Positions 18,114 to 27,899 of a stretch of DNA of 32,000 nt are shown here, in pieces. Positions within the stretch are counted from its first letter, which is position 1; every line of letters starts with the position of its first letter. Source of the stretch: an uncultured Clostridia bacterium (lineage in GTDB: Bacteria; Bacillota; Clostridia; TANB77; CAG-508). Both the position numbers and the translations under genes were made by a program. The DNA lies in the NCBI GenBank assembly GCA_944387525.1, contig CALXFF010000012.1, positions 11,576-43,575 on the forward strand, written 5' to 3'. The notes beneath the pieces were generated by a model, which had not been told where the DNA came from, made no database searches, and was given only the letters and a program-made list of their open reading frames with translations.

Positions 18114-18188
18114 TGGTGACCCCGACGGGAATCGAACCCATGTCTCCGCCGTGAAAGGGCGATGTCTTAACCGCTTGACCACGGGGCC
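18114..18188 (-). tRNA. tRNA-Glu (anticodon UUC)
   Basis: The reverse complement reads GGCCCCGTGGTCAAGCGGTTAAGACATCGCCCTTTCACGGCGGAGACATGGGTTCGATTCCCGTCGGGGTCACCA. Anticodon loop CTTTCAC, T-loop GTTCGATTC, encoded CCA. Confidence 0.9.
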
Positions 18189-18244
18189 TTATATATAAAG
18201 AACTAAATAACTAAACATTTTATTTGTCTTGTCATCTAGTTCTT

Positions 18245-18320
18245 TGGTGAGCTATCCGCGACTCGAACGCGGGACAACTTGATTAAAAGTCAAGTGCTCT
18301 ACCACCTGAGCTAATAGCCC
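18245..18320 (-). tRNA. tRNA-Lys (anticodon UUU)
   Basis: The reverse complement reads GGGCTATTAGCTCAGGTGGTAGAGCACTTGACTTTTAATCAAGTTGTCCCGCGTTCGAGTCGCGGATAGCTCACCA. Anticodon loop CTTTTAA, T-loop GTTCGAGTC, encoded CCA. Confidence 0.9.
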
Positions 18321-18352
18321 ATAAACATTGTAGTATTAACAAATGCTTATTA

Positions 18353-18381
18353 ATATTACAACATTTTTTCACAAATGTCAA
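18353..18381 (-). promoter_or_regulatory. sigma-A-type promoter for the tRNA cluster
   Basis: Minus strand: TTGACA (18381-18376), 17-nt spacer, TAATAT (18358-18353). This is about 30 nt upstream of tRNA-Lys. Confidence 0.45.
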
Positions 18382-18504
18382 TACATTTATGAAATTTTTT
18401 TGTATTTTTTGTGATTTTTTTATGTTTTTATAACATTATCACATAATTTAATATAATAATTTGATATTTTTGCAAATATATCTGTTTTACATATAAGAAA
18501 TATA

Positions 18505-18690
18505 TTATGCATTTAGTTTTTCAACAACATCTTCCACATCAATTCCATGTACTTCGCATGCTTCTTCTAATGTTTCCATTTGAGATGCTGGACAACCAAT
18601 ACAATGCATCCCAACTTGTAATAATATTTCTGCTTTTTCTGGAGCTTTTTCTAAAATTTCTCCAATTCTTGTATCTTTATTAAATTCCAT
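18505..18690 (-). CDS. DUF1858-type small protein (hybrid-cluster-protein-associated redox disulfide domain)
   Basis: 61 aa. IGEILEKAPEKAEILLQVGMHCIGCPASQMETLEEACEVHGIDVEDVVEKLN matches the conserved MHCxGCP family. RBS aaggagg. Confidence 0.7.
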   Translation of the reverse strand: MEFNKDTRIGEILEKAPEKAEILLQVGMHCIGCPASQMETLEEACEVHGIDVEDVVEKLNA

Positions 18691-19186
18691 TTTGCTTCCT
18701 CCTTATCTATTATATTCTATAAATAAATGATTATCTCCTGATATTTTCATTTATCTTTATTTTTTTAAGTTTTATAATTAAACTTTAAATATTTTATCAC
18801 AAATTTTTAAAAAAGTATAGACAAATTAAAAATTTTATTGTAAAATGGTAAAAATTGTAAGGCGGTGATATTATATCAAATTTAATTAATTTATTTTTTA
18901 TTACTTATATTATTTATCTTTTTATCACTTTATATTCAATTTATACATTTTTTGATATCATTTTTTTCCACAATCAGCAAGGAGCTAAATTGAAAATCAA
19001 AAAAAATTCACTTTAAAGAAAGGAGGTTTTTTTCTGAAATATTTAAAACTCATAATATTTTCATTACTTTTTGTTAGTATTTGTACATTTTTTGCTTATA
19101 AACGACTCTATCCATTATATACAGCTCAAGAAGTAATTATAACATATGGTATAAATCCATTTGATATTTGTTCGAAAAATCCAGAT

Positions 19187-20839
19187 TTGTGGCAATTTTT
19201 AAAGATATCTTACATATTTATTTTTATATTTTCCCAATTCGTAATAAGTTATTTTCTTTATTCTAGAATTCTCTTAATATTTCAATTTTTTAGAAAAAGA
19301 TTAAATTTATTATCAAAATATTCATCAAATTGCAAAACTAAATCTAATTCTAAAAATTTCTGTAAAGATAAATCTAAAAAAATTTCTAAAAATAATTATA
19401 AAAATACTCACAATTCTAAAATTTCTTTTTTAACACAAAATTCTAGTTTAAACTTATTAATTGGTGAAGATATTGACTTAAATAAAAAAATTTATCTTCC
19501 AGAAAGTGGATTATATCAAAATTTTTTAGTGACTGGCACAATTGGCTCTGGCAAAACTTCAAGTTGTATGTATCCATTTACAAAACAGCTATTAGAGTTT
19601 AATTCAAAAAATCCTTCAAATAAAATCGGTATGTTAATTTTAGATGTTAAAGGAAATTATTATAATCAGGTCAAAAAATATGCTAAACAATTTGGTTTAG
19701 AAAAGGATTTAATAATAATTGAATTACTATCTTCTGTTTGCTATAACCCTTTGCATAAACCTAAATTGAAGCCGCAAGTTTTGGCTAATAGATTAAAAAC
19801 TATCCTTTTACTTTTTTCTGAAAACAATACTGAATCATATTGGTTGGATAAAGCTGAACAAGTTCTAACTGAAGCAATTAAACTTTCTAGATTATATAAT
19901 AATGGATATGTAACTTTTGAGGAAATTCATAAATTAATTACCATACCTACATATTATCAAGAAAAAATTACTATTTTAAAGGATTTATTCGTTCACTCAA
20001 AATTTTCTACTGCACAAATATATGAATTAAATAACAGTCTTGATTTTTTCCAAAAAGAATTTTTTTCTTTAGATTTACGTACTAAGGGTATATTGGTTTC
20101 TGAAATTACTCGTATTACAAATACTTTCCTGTCTGATTATGATGTTATGAGCACATTTTCTCCTCCTAGAAATAAATTGACTTTTTTAGGCTTTGAAGAT
20201 GTTTTAAAAAGTGGAAAAATTGTTGTTTTAAATATGAATATTTCAGAGTATTCTTTGCTTTCTAAAATGATTGCAACTTATTTAAAACTGGATTTTCAAT
20301 CTGAAGTAATTTCGAATCTTTCTAATGGTATCATTAGACCTTGTGCTTTTATATGTGATGAATATGATAAATATGCAACAAAAACAGATGGTGAGTTCTT
20401 TTCTTTAAGTCGTGAAGCGAAATGTATTAATATTGTTAGTACACAAAGTTATTCATCTTTGAAAAACACTCTAAAGGAAGATGCTCAAGTTCAGGTCATT
20501 TTGCAAAATTTGATAAATAAAATTTGGTTTCGTACCGATGATGCTTTTACAATTGAATATGCTCAAAAACAACTTGGACAAGAAGATAAAGAAAAGATTT
20601 CTAAATCTATTTCTGAAAGTGCTCAAAAAACCCGTTTTAGTTATATTACTAATACTTTGAATTCGGAAAATTCTAATATTTCTGAAAGTTATAGCACTTA
20701 TGTTCAAAAAGATTATATTTATGAAACTAAATTTTTCACACAAGAGTTAGAAACGTTCACCGCTCTTACATTTTTATCTGATGGGAATAAAATTTTTCCA
20801 CCAAAAAAAATTAGAATGTTACCTTATTTTAAGGATTAA
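19187..20839 (+). CDS. VirD4/TraG-type type IV secretion coupling ATPase; true start probably upstream (about 19034)
   Basis: Walker A LVTGTIGSGKTSS and Walker B-like AFICDEYDKY. The frame is open back to 18989 and encodes an extra TM helix (LKLIIFSLLFVSICTFFAY). aaaggagg at 19017-19024 is followed 9 nt later by CTG 19034, so a non-canonical start or a local error is likely. Confidence 0.7.
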   Translation: MWQFLKISYIFIFIFSQFVISYFLYSRILLIFQFFRKRLNLLSKYSSNCKTKSNSKNFCKDKSKKISKNNYKNTHNSKISFLTQNSSLNLLIGEDIDLNKKIYLPESGLYQNFLVTGTIGSGKTSSCMYPFTKQLLEFNSKNPSNKIGMLILDVKGNYYNQVKKYAKQFGLEKDLIIIELLSSVCYNPLHKPKLKPQVLANRLKTILLLFSENNTESYWLDKAEQVLTEAIKLSRLYNNGYVTFEEIHKLITIPTYYQEKITILKDLFVHSKFSTAQIYELNNSLDFFQKEFFSLDLRTKGILVSEITRITNTFLSDYDVMSTFSPPRNKLTFLGFEDVLKSGKIVVLNMNISEYSLLSKMIATYLKLDFQSEVISNLSNGIIRPCAFICDEYDKYATKTDGEFFSLSREAKCINIVSTQSYSSLKNTLKEDAQVQVILQNLINKIWFRTDDAFTIEYAQKQLGQEDKEKISKSISESAQKTRFSYITNTLNSENSNISESYSTYVQKDYIYETKFFTQELETFTALTFLSDGNKIFPPKKIRMLPYFKD

Positions 20840-20945
20840 CTTAAATATTATTTCATTTGTTTATTATTTTTAATTTTATAAATTTTTATTTATTATATTT
20901 ATTTGTTTTTTGATTTTTATTTTTTATTGAAAGGGGGTGCTATAC

Positions 20946-21275
20946 TTGAAATTATTTAAAAAAATCTGTTATATATGTTTTATTTTTATTGTCTTTACTT
21001 TATTTTCTCCTCTATTTTCTTTCGCTTGGGGAGATCCTGAAATTGTTAGTAAAATAAATTCTGCTTTTGAAAGTATAGAGGATTGGATTATAAAAATATC
21101 TACTCCTGCCGCAGCTGTTGCTGTTGGTACTGGTGTTTTTATGAAGAAATTTAGTTTTGGTGATGAAGAGAAAATAAGAACAGGAAAAAAATTAATTAAG
21201 GGCTCTTTATTTTCATATGGATTTATTCTAGCTATTGATTTAATTTTGTCAGCCATTAAATCATTGATTGCTTAA
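20946..21275 (+). CDS. VirB2/TrbC-like T4SS pilin-type small membrane protein
   Basis: TTG 20946 lies 8 nt after aaggggg. Signal peptide ending SFA/WGD, then two hydrophobic helices (STPAAAVAVGTGVFM; SLFSYGFILAIDLILSAI). Confidence 0.5.
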   Translation: MKLFKKICYICFIFIVFTLFSPLFSFAWGDPEIVSKINSAFESIEDWIIKISTPAAAVAVGTGVFMKKFSFGDEEKIRTGKKLIKGSLFSYGFILAIDLILSAIKSLIA

Positions 21276-21327
21276 ATTAGTTTTTTCTAAATATGTTATA
21301 AGAAAGGAGGTTATGGTGTAAAGGATA

Positions 21328-22203
21328 ATGGAAAATGCACAAAATACTAATGATATTACTCAAATTATAATAGATACAATTAATACAATATTTGAAAATC
21401 TTTTTAGTTCAATAGATAATAGCCTTTATGATGTATTAGATAAAGTGACTTTTATAAGTTCTGATATTTTACGAGATTCTAATTTTGAAACTATTTTCGG
21501 AACTTCTGCTTCAAATGGTATTTTATTAATTGCAAATTCTCTTTTACTAGGTTTTTTACTTTATTATGCAATTAGATATTTAATGGCTCATCTAACATTT
21601 ACACAATCAGAACTTCCTTTTCGTTTTTTAATTAAACTTGTACTTTGTGGAATATTTATGAATTTCTCTTTTTCTTGTTTAGAATTGTTTTTAGATTTAA
21701 ATAATAATATTTCTCTTGCAATTCGTTCTCTTGGTGAGCATTTGTTTAATAAAGACATCTGTTTTTCAGAATTGATTACTACTATTAATACACAAATGGC
21801 AATTGATACAAATTCTTTAAATCTATTTTCTTTAGATGGCTTGATAAAAAGTATTTTAAGTGTATCTTTGCTTAGTTTAGTATTTTCATATTCTTTGAGA
21901 TATGTTTTTGTTAAAGTTTTTATTTTGCTTTCGCCTTTTGCACTTTTATCATTAAGTTTGCAAAATACAAATTGGTTTTTTAAAGCATGGTTTCGTAACT
22001 TATTTTCTTTATTGTTTCTACAAATTGTAGTATCATTAGTTTTATTAATTTTATTTTCAATGGATTACTCGGCTTCTAATTTGTTTGTAAAATTTATATA
22101 TGTTGGTGGGATTTATGCTTTGATTAGAGCAAATTCATTTATACGTGAATTTATCGGAGGAGTTTCCACACAAGTTACACAATCTGTGAAAAAAATCTTT
22201 TAG
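21328..22203 (+). CDS. VirB6/TrbL-like polytopic T4SS channel protein
   Basis: 291 aa with at least five TM helices, positioned between the pilin-like and VirB3-like genes. Confidence 0.5.
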   Translation: MENAQNTNDITQIIIDTINTIFENLFSSIDNSLYDVLDKVTFISSDILRDSNFETIFGTSASNGILLIANSLLLGFLLYYAIRYLMAHLTFTQSELPFRFLIKLVLCGIFMNFSFSCLELFLDLNNNISLAIRSLGEHLFNKDICFSELITTINTQMAIDTNSLNLFSLDGLIKSILSVSLLSLVFSYSLRYVFVKVFILLSPFALLSLSLQNTNWFFKAWFRNLFSLLFLQIVVSLVLLILFSMDYSASNLFVKFIYVGGIYALIRANSFIREFIGGVSTQVTQSVKKIF

Positions 22204-22236
22204 TTTTAATTTAAATTTTTGAAAGGAGGATTGCTT

Positions 22237-22524
22237 TTGAAGTTTGTTTTTCCTCAGAATTATAACTTTAAAAATAAATTGTTTGGCGTTATTGATTATA
22301 CTACTATTTTTGTTAATGTTGTTTGGTCTGCTTTAGTTTTTTTAATTGTTTTTCTTCTTGTTCAAGATTGGTCTTTTAGAATATTTCTTGTTATTACTTT
22401 TTCTTTTCCTTTGCTTCTGCTTAGCATAGCTGGATTTCAAGGTGAGAATATTGTTTATGTTTTGTCTTATTTGTTTCATTTCATGTTTTGCCAAAAATTG
22501 TTTTTCTTTAGAAAAGTTCCATAG
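22237..22524 (+). CDS. PrgI/VirB3-like small T4SS membrane protein
   Basis: TTG 22237 follows aaaggagg, inside track ORF 22219..22524. Two TM helices (TIFVNVVWSALVFLIVFLLV; IFLVITFSFPLLLLSIAG). Size and position are typical for PrgI-family proteins. Confidence 0.45.
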   Translation: MKFVFPQNYNFKNKLFGVIDYTTIFVNVVWSALVFLIVFLLVQDWSFRIFLVITFSFPLLLLSIAGFQGENIVYVLSYLFHFMFCQKLFFFRKVP

Positions 22525-22560
22525 CTTAATACTTGATAACAAGTGTTAAGCTATATATTT
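22523..22560 (+). terminator. rho-independent terminator ending the T4SS-like gene set
   Basis: agcttaatacttg (22523-22535) / caagtgttaagct (22540-22552): 13-bp stem with one mismatch, loop ataa, then atatatttt. Confidence 0.5.
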
Positions 22561-22755
22561 TCAATTAAATTTCGAAATTTATCATTATATTAAAAATTTT
22601 GTTTGTCCCTTGAATTTTTTGTCTAAAAAAGATATAATTCTATTTGCAACCAAAAACATTTTATTATAAAAAAATTATACAGTCAAAAGATAAACGGTTA
22701 TAGGGAAACCTTAATAAAACAAAACCTAAATATACAAAACAAGGGGAAAAATAAG

Positions 22756-23733
22756 ATGAAGTTAGAACAAAATGAAAAGCCACTATTATTTTCTGAAACA
22801 ACAATTCCTGATATCTTTTTTGCAGAACATTTGTCAGAATTACCAGGAGACTATCTAAAAATTTATTTATATTTAATCTTTTTATCTAAATATGGTAAAG
22901 ATATTAAATTAACAGATTTATCAAAAAAATTAAATATTCCTCTAAAGGTTATTAATGATGGTCTAAAATTTTTAGAAGAACATGAATTAGTAATTAAAAA
23001 AACTACTGGATATATAATTGTTGATTTACAAGAAGCTACACTTCATAATTTATATACCCCTAATTTAACTATGTCTAAAGAAAAAGTAGAAAAAACTGCT
23101 AAAAATAAATTTAGAACTAAAGCTATTGAGCATATTAATAATATGTATTTTCAAGGTATCATGGGACCTTCATGGTATAATGATATTGATATCTGGTTCA
23201 ACAAATATGGTTTTGATGAGCAAGTTATGATAGCTTTATTTGATTATTGTTATAATCGTAGCGCTATGCATCGTAATTATGTTCAGACTGTTGCAGAAGC
23301 ATGGGCTTCAAATAAAATAAAAACATGGAATGATTTGGACCAATATTATGCTAAACAAGAGAATTTGAATAAATATAAAAAGACAATTGCTAAAAAGTTA
23401 GGAAAACATGGTGGATTAACTCAATATGAAGAAGCATATATTGAAAATTGGGTTTTGAATTTTGGTTATGATATGAATATTATAGAGATTGCTTTAAAAA
23501 GAACTACTTATAAACAAAATCCTACTTTTGAATATATTAATAAAATTATTACTGATTGGCATGAAAGAAATTTAAAAACTCCTGAAGAGGTTAATGCCTT
23601 TATAGAACAAAGAAAAGTTCAAGAAAAAAATACAAAAGAATTGAAATCTAAAGTTAAAAAAGCAAATTATGAACAAAGAAATTATGATAATCTTGACTTT
23701 TTATATGCTAATCCAGTAAAAAAAGAAAATTAA
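22756..23733 (+). CDS. DnaD-domain replication initiation / helicase-loading protein (DnaB/DnaD-like)
   Basis: N-terminal wHTH-like region plus two DnaD-type repeats (WFNKYGFDEQVMIALFDYCYNRSAMHRNYVQTVAEAWASNKIKT; ENWVLNFGYDMNIIEIALKRTTYKQNPTFEYINKIITDWHERNLKT). Confidence 0.75.
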   Translation: MKLEQNEKPLLFSETTIPDIFFAEHLSELPGDYLKIYLYLIFLSKYGKDIKLTDLSKKLNIPLKVINDGLKFLEEHELVIKKTTGYIIVDLQEATLHNLYTPNLTMSKEKVEKTAKNKFRTKAIEHINNMYFQGIMGPSWYNDIDIWFNKYGFDEQVMIALFDYCYNRSAMHRNYVQTVAEAWASNKIKTWNDLDQYYAKQENLNKYKKTIAKKLGKHGGLTQYEEAYIENWVLNFGYDMNIIEIALKRTTYKQNPTFEYINKIITDWHERNLKTPEEVNAFIEQRKVQEKNTKELKSKVKKANYEQRNYDNLDFLYANPVKKEN

Positions 23734-23760
23734 TATTTTTACATTTATAAATAGGAAAGG

Positions 23761-24778
23761 TTGGTATTTTGCATGTCTAATGAGGTTTTAAATTCTTTAC
23801 TAAGAGAATATGAACAAAAAAAGTTAAATGCTGAATTAGATTTAGAAAAAAGAAAAACTGAATTATATAAAAAATTGCCAGAATTGCAAAAAATAGATGA
23901 TGAAATTAATCATCTTTCTTTTCAAACTGCAAAAAATATATTAAATAAAAATGCATCTATTTCAACTTCTGATTTCAAACAAAAGATTGAAGAATTAAAA
24001 TATAAAAAAGCATGTATTTTACATGATGCCAACATTCCTGCAGACTATTTAAAACCTCATTATTCTTGTTCTATTTGTAATGATACTGGTTATGTTACAA
24101 AAAATAATTATGAAACTGAAATGTGTTCATGTTTAAAACAAAAATTATTAGACATTTCATTTAATAAATCAAATATGTCAAATTTAGATAAAGAAAACTT
24201 TGATACTTTTAACGCAAATTTGTATTCTGATGATGTAGATATTGCTAAATATAAATTTAATATTTCACCTCGTACGAATATTTTAAATATTAAACAAAAA
24301 TGTATCGAGTTTGTAGAGAACTTTGATAATCCAGATTCTAAAAATTTATTGTTTACAGGAAATACTGGTTTACGGAAAGACTTTTATGTCTAATTGTATT
24401 GCAAAAGAATTGTTAAAGAAAGGGAAAACTGTTCTTTATCAAACAGCACCTGTATTGCTTGAAAGCGTAATAGATTACAAGATGAGTAAACAAAAAAACT
24501 ACTCTGAAAATATTTTAAAGTCTGTTTTGGAATCTGATTTGTTAATTATTGATGATTTAGGAACTGAAAGTTTAAATAGTATGAAGTTAAGTGAGTTGTT
24601 TAATATAATAAATACTAGAATTTTGAATTTAAATCAAAAAATAACTAAAACTATTATTTCTACTAATTTGAATATACAGGATATTTTTAGAAATTACGAA
24701 GAACGTATTGGTTCTCGTATTGCAGGTTATTATGATATTTATTGTTTCTTTGGAGACGATTTGAGATTTCATCGTTAA
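23761..24778 (+). pseudogene. DnaC/DnaI-like helicase-loader ATPase, split by a 1-nt insertion inside Walker A
   Basis: Track ORFs 23761..24393 and 24323..24778 join into one protein if the c in ggt tta c gga aag act (about 24373) is removed. The junction then reads LLFTGNTGLGKTFMSNCIAKELLKKGKTVLY (GxxGxGKT). Zinc-binding CSICNDTGY...CSC upstream and Walker B LLIIDDLG downstream. Confidence 0.7.
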
Positions 24779-24876
24779 TGTCGCAATGGGGACGTTTCTC
24801 ATGCGACATTTTTTATAATAAAAAATATTTAAAGCAAAACTAAAAATGTCGCATGAGAAACGTCCCCATTGCGACA
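24779..24876. terminator. 31-bp perfect inverted repeat (35 bp with A/T extension) between convergent genes; probable bidirectional terminator
   Basis: tgtcgcaatggggacgtttctcatgcgacat (24779-24809) is the exact reverse complement of 24846-24876. The flanking T4/A4 pairs extend the stem. Each arm also contains its own 7-bp hairpin (tgtcgca/tgcgaca). Confidence 0.8.
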
Positions 24877-24882
24877 CTTTTT

Positions 24883-27351
24883 CTATAATTTCAACTGTCC
24901 ATCATTTTCAATTTCGTCTGGTGTTAGAGTTTCAATACTTACAACCTTTCCACCATCATTAGTTCTCATAAGAGTTACACCTTGTGTTGATCTACCAAGA
25001 ACACTTACATCTTTTACACTAATTCTAATAATTGTTCCTGTATCTGTAATTAACATTACATCATCATCTTCAGTTGCAATTCTTACACCTACTAATTTTC
25101 CTGTTTTTTGTGTGATTTTGTATGTTATAACTCCTTTTCCACCTCTGATTTGTACTCTATACTCGTCTAATTCGGTTCTCTTTCCAAATCCATTTTCCGT
25201 AATCGCAAGTAATGTAGCTTTTCCTCCTGCTATAACTGATTCCATTCCGATTACTTCGTCGCCTTCATCTAATCTAATTCCTATAACTCCTTGAGAAACT
25301 CTACCAATTGGACGTACATCTTTTTCATCAAATGTTATACACATACCATTTCTAGTAACTAATACAACATTATCTTGTCCATCTGTTAGACGTACTGCGA
25401 TTAATTCATCCTCTTCTTTTAGAGTTATTCCTTGAAGTCCTGTCTTTCTATTTGAATCATATTCTTTTAATGCTGTTTTCTTAATTAATCCATGTTTTGT
25501 AGCCATTAATAAATATTTGTCATCTGCAAAGTTTTGGATTGGAATAACTGCTGATACTTTTTCTCCTGGATCAAGGCTAAGTAAATTAACAATTGCTGTT
25601 CCTTTTGCTGTTCTTCCTGCTTCTGGTATTTCATATCCTCTAAGTTTATATACTTTACCTTTATTTGTGAAGAATAGAATTACATCATGTGTAGATGCTG
25701 TAAAGATTTGTTTTACAAAATCTTCTTCCCTAGTTGCTATTCCAGTAATTCCTTTTCCACCTCTTCTTTGGCTTCTATATGTATCTATTGGCATTCTTTT
25801 GATATATCCAAAGTGTGTTAATGTTACTACTGTTTGTTCTTCTTTTATTAAGTCTTCTATATCAATTTCGCCTTCTGCTGCAACTATTTTTGTTTTTCTG
25901 TCATCTCCAAATTTATCTTTTACTTCTAATAATTCTTCTTTTATGATGTCATATACTAATCTTTCACTATTTAAAATAGCTCTTAAATGTTCAATTAATT
26001 CCATCAATTGTTTATATTCTTCTTCTATTTTTTCACGTTGCAAACCTGATAATGTTTTTAATCTCATGTCTAGAATTGCTTGTGCTTGGATGTCTGTTAG
26101 ACCAAATCTTTCCATTAATCTTTCTTTTGCATCATCATATGAAGAACGAATTATTTGGATTACTTCATCAATATAGTCTAATGCTATTTTTAATCCCTCT
26201 AAGATGTGTGCTCTTGCTAGAGCTTTGTCTAAATCAAATTGTGTTCTTCTTAAAATAACATCTTTTCTGTGGTCAATATATACATCTAATGCTTGTCTTA
26301 ATGTTAATATTTTTGGTTCTCCATTTACTAATGCAAGCATTATAATTCCAAATGTTGTTTGCATTTGTGTGTGTTTAAATAATTGATTTAAAACAACTTG
26401 TGCATTTGCATCTCTTTTTAATTCGATTACAACTCTAACTTTTTCTTTTCTATCTGATTCGTCTCTACACTCAGAAATTCCTTCGATTTTCTTTTCTTTT
26501 GATAAGTCAGATATTGTTTTGATTAAGTTTGCTTTATTTACTTGATATGGTAAAGATGAAACTATAATTCTTTGTCTATTTCCACTCATTTCTTCTATGT
26601 TTGTTTCAGCTCTTAATGTTATTTTTCCTTTACCCGTTTTATATGCTTGTTTAATTCCAGCTGTTCCTAAAATTATACCTTCTGTTGGGAAATCTGGTCC
26701 TTTTATAACTGACATTAAATCTTCATCTGAAACATTGTCTTCATCAATTATTTTTATAATTCCATCAATTAATTCTGATAAGTTATGTGGTGGAATATTT
26801 GTTGCCATACCTACGGCTATTCCTGAAGAACCATTTGCAAGTAATGCTGGAATTCTTGCTGGTAATACTGTTGGCTCTTGTAATCTATCATCATAGTTTG
26901 GCATAAAATCAACTGTATTTTTCTCAATATCTGTTAACATGTATTGGGCAATTTTAGCCATTCTTGCTTCTGTGTACCTCATGGCTGCTGCTCCATCGCC
27001 GTCAACAGAACCAAAGTTTCCATGTCCGTCAATTAGTGGGTATCTCATTGAGAAGTCTTGCGCCATTCTAACCATTGCATCATATACTGAACTATCTCCA
27101 TGTGGATGGTATCTACCTAAAACTGAACCTACTGTGTTTGCACATTTACGATATGGTTTGTCTGATGTAATTCCGTCTTCATGCATTGCGTATAGGATTC
27201 TTCTATGTACTGGTTTTAAACCATCTCTTGCGTCTGGAAGGGCTCTCGATACGATAACACTCATGGCGTAATCAATGTATGCTGTTCTCATTTCTTTTTC
27301 GATGTCTCTTTCGATTATTTTTCCGTCAAATCTTTCTTGTCTTTCTTCCAT
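24883..27351 (-). CDS. gyrA: DNA gyrase subunit A
   Basis: 822 aa. Active-site region AAMRYTEARM, the quinolone-resistance region GRYHPHGDSSVYD, and the GyrA-box QRRGGKG in the C-terminal beta-pinwheel domain. Confidence 0.95.
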   Translation of the reverse strand: MEERQERFDGKIIERDIEKEMRTAYIDYAMSVIVSRALPDARDGLKPVHRRILYAMHEDGITSDKPYRKCANTVGSVLGRYHPHGDSSVYDAMVRMAQDFSMRYPLIDGHGNFGSVDGDGAAAMRYTEARMAKIAQYMLTDIEKNTVDFMPNYDDRLQEPTVLPARIPALLANGSSGIAVGMATNIPPHNLSELIDGIIKIIDEDNVSDEDLMSVIKGPDFPTEGIILGTAGIKQAYKTGKGKITLRAETNIEEMSGNRQRIIVSSLPYQVNKANLIKTISDLSKEKKIEGISECRDESDRKEKVRVVIELKRDANAQVVLNQLFKHTQMQTTFGIIMLALVNGEPKILTLRQALDVYIDHRKDVILRRTQFDLDKALARAHILEGLKIALDYIDEVIQIIRSSYDDAKERLMERFGLTDIQAQAILDMRLKTLSGLQREKIEEEYKQLMELIEHLRAILNSERLVYDIIKEELLEVKDKFGDDRKTKIVAAEGEIDIEDLIKEEQTVVTLTHFGYIKRMPIDTYRSQRRGGKGITGIATREEDFVKQIFTASTHDVILFFTNKGKVYKLRGYEIPEAGRTAKGTAIVNLLSLDPGEKVSAVIPIQNFADDKYLLMATKHGLIKKTALKEYDSNRKTGLQGITLKEEDELIAVRLTDGQDNVVLVTRNGMCITFDEKDVRPIGRVSQGVIGIRLDEGDEVIGMESVIAGGKATLLAITENGFGKRTELDEYRVQIRGGKGVITYKITQKTGKLVGVRIATEDDDVMLITDTGTIIRISVKDVSVLGRSTQGVTLMRTNDGGKVVSIETLTPDEIENDGQLKL

Positions 27352-27387
27352 TGTTTTCCCTCTTTTCCTTTATTTTTCTACATTTGT

Positions 27388-27416
27388 ATTATACTAAAAC
27401 AAACTTAATTTTGCAA
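27388..27416 (-). promoter_or_regulatory. sigma-A-type promoter of gyrA
   Basis: Minus strand: TTGCAA (27416-27411), 17-nt spacer, TATAAT (27393-27388). About 35 nt upstream of the ATG, with RBS aaaagaggg. Confidence 0.5.
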
Positions 27417-27484
27417 GTAAAATTGACAAAAAATTTAGGGAATTCGTCGTTTTGGTCACTTTGGGGATGCCACTTTTTATTTTA

Positions 27485-27784
27485 TTATTCTTCTTTGCTA
27501 TTTAAACAATTTATCATTAAATTGACTCCGTCTATAAAGCCTTGTTTGTACATTTCTTTGTTGCATTTTGTAATTTTTATATTGTAATTGTCTTCTATTT
27601 TATTAAATATTTCTTTTAATTCCTTTGGATTATTTGAGTTTCCAATTGCTGTTTCTGTATTTATTGTTTTTAATTCTTCTTTTATTTCTTTGTTTGCTTT
27701 TTTTATTATTTTATCTATTTTTTCTTCTTGCGAGTTGTATATTATTTCTATTATGTTTTTTTCTTGTAGTTTTTCTTCTTCCAT
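27485..27784 (-). CDS. hypothetical Lys/Glu-rich small protein
   Basis: 99-aa ORF with a conserved-looking C-terminus, YKQGFIDGVNLMINCL. No recognisable family. Confidence 0.4.
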   Translation of the reverse strand: MEEEKLQEKNIIEIIYNSQEEKIDKIIKKANKEIKEELKTINTETAIGNSNNPKELKEIFNKIEDNYNIKITKCNKEMYKQGFIDGVNLMINCLNSKEE

Positions 27785-27899
27785 AATTTTATTTTACCTT
27801 TTCAATATAACTTTTTTAATATGTTTTTTTAAATTATATTGCCTTTCTTTTTTATTAATCTTTTATTTTATTATTTATTTTTTATTTATTTTTATACTT

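Noticed and set aside
2014-24868. Recurrence of the G-rich motif GGGGAC at 2014, 8796 (aatggggactttct), the six repeats at 17863-17928, and both arms of the 24779-24876 palindrome (aatggggacgtttct)
   Set aside because: It is striking in an AT-rich genome, and two sites share a 14-nt gapped match. However, the occurrences sit in unrelated hairpins or terminators, and the number is too small to separate a shared binding site from chance without a genome-wide count.
24869-27271. Multiple + strand ORFs (24869..25294, 25517..26176, 26052..26258, 26204..26386, 26597..26896, 26939..27271)
   Set aside because: All lie antisense within gyrA, whose identity is unambiguous. They are typical shadow ORFs.
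24883-27351. Could this be parC (topoisomerase IV subunit A), given that gyrB is not adjacent?
   Set aside because: The C-terminal domain contains a canonical GyrA-box (QRRGGKG), which ParC proteins lack.
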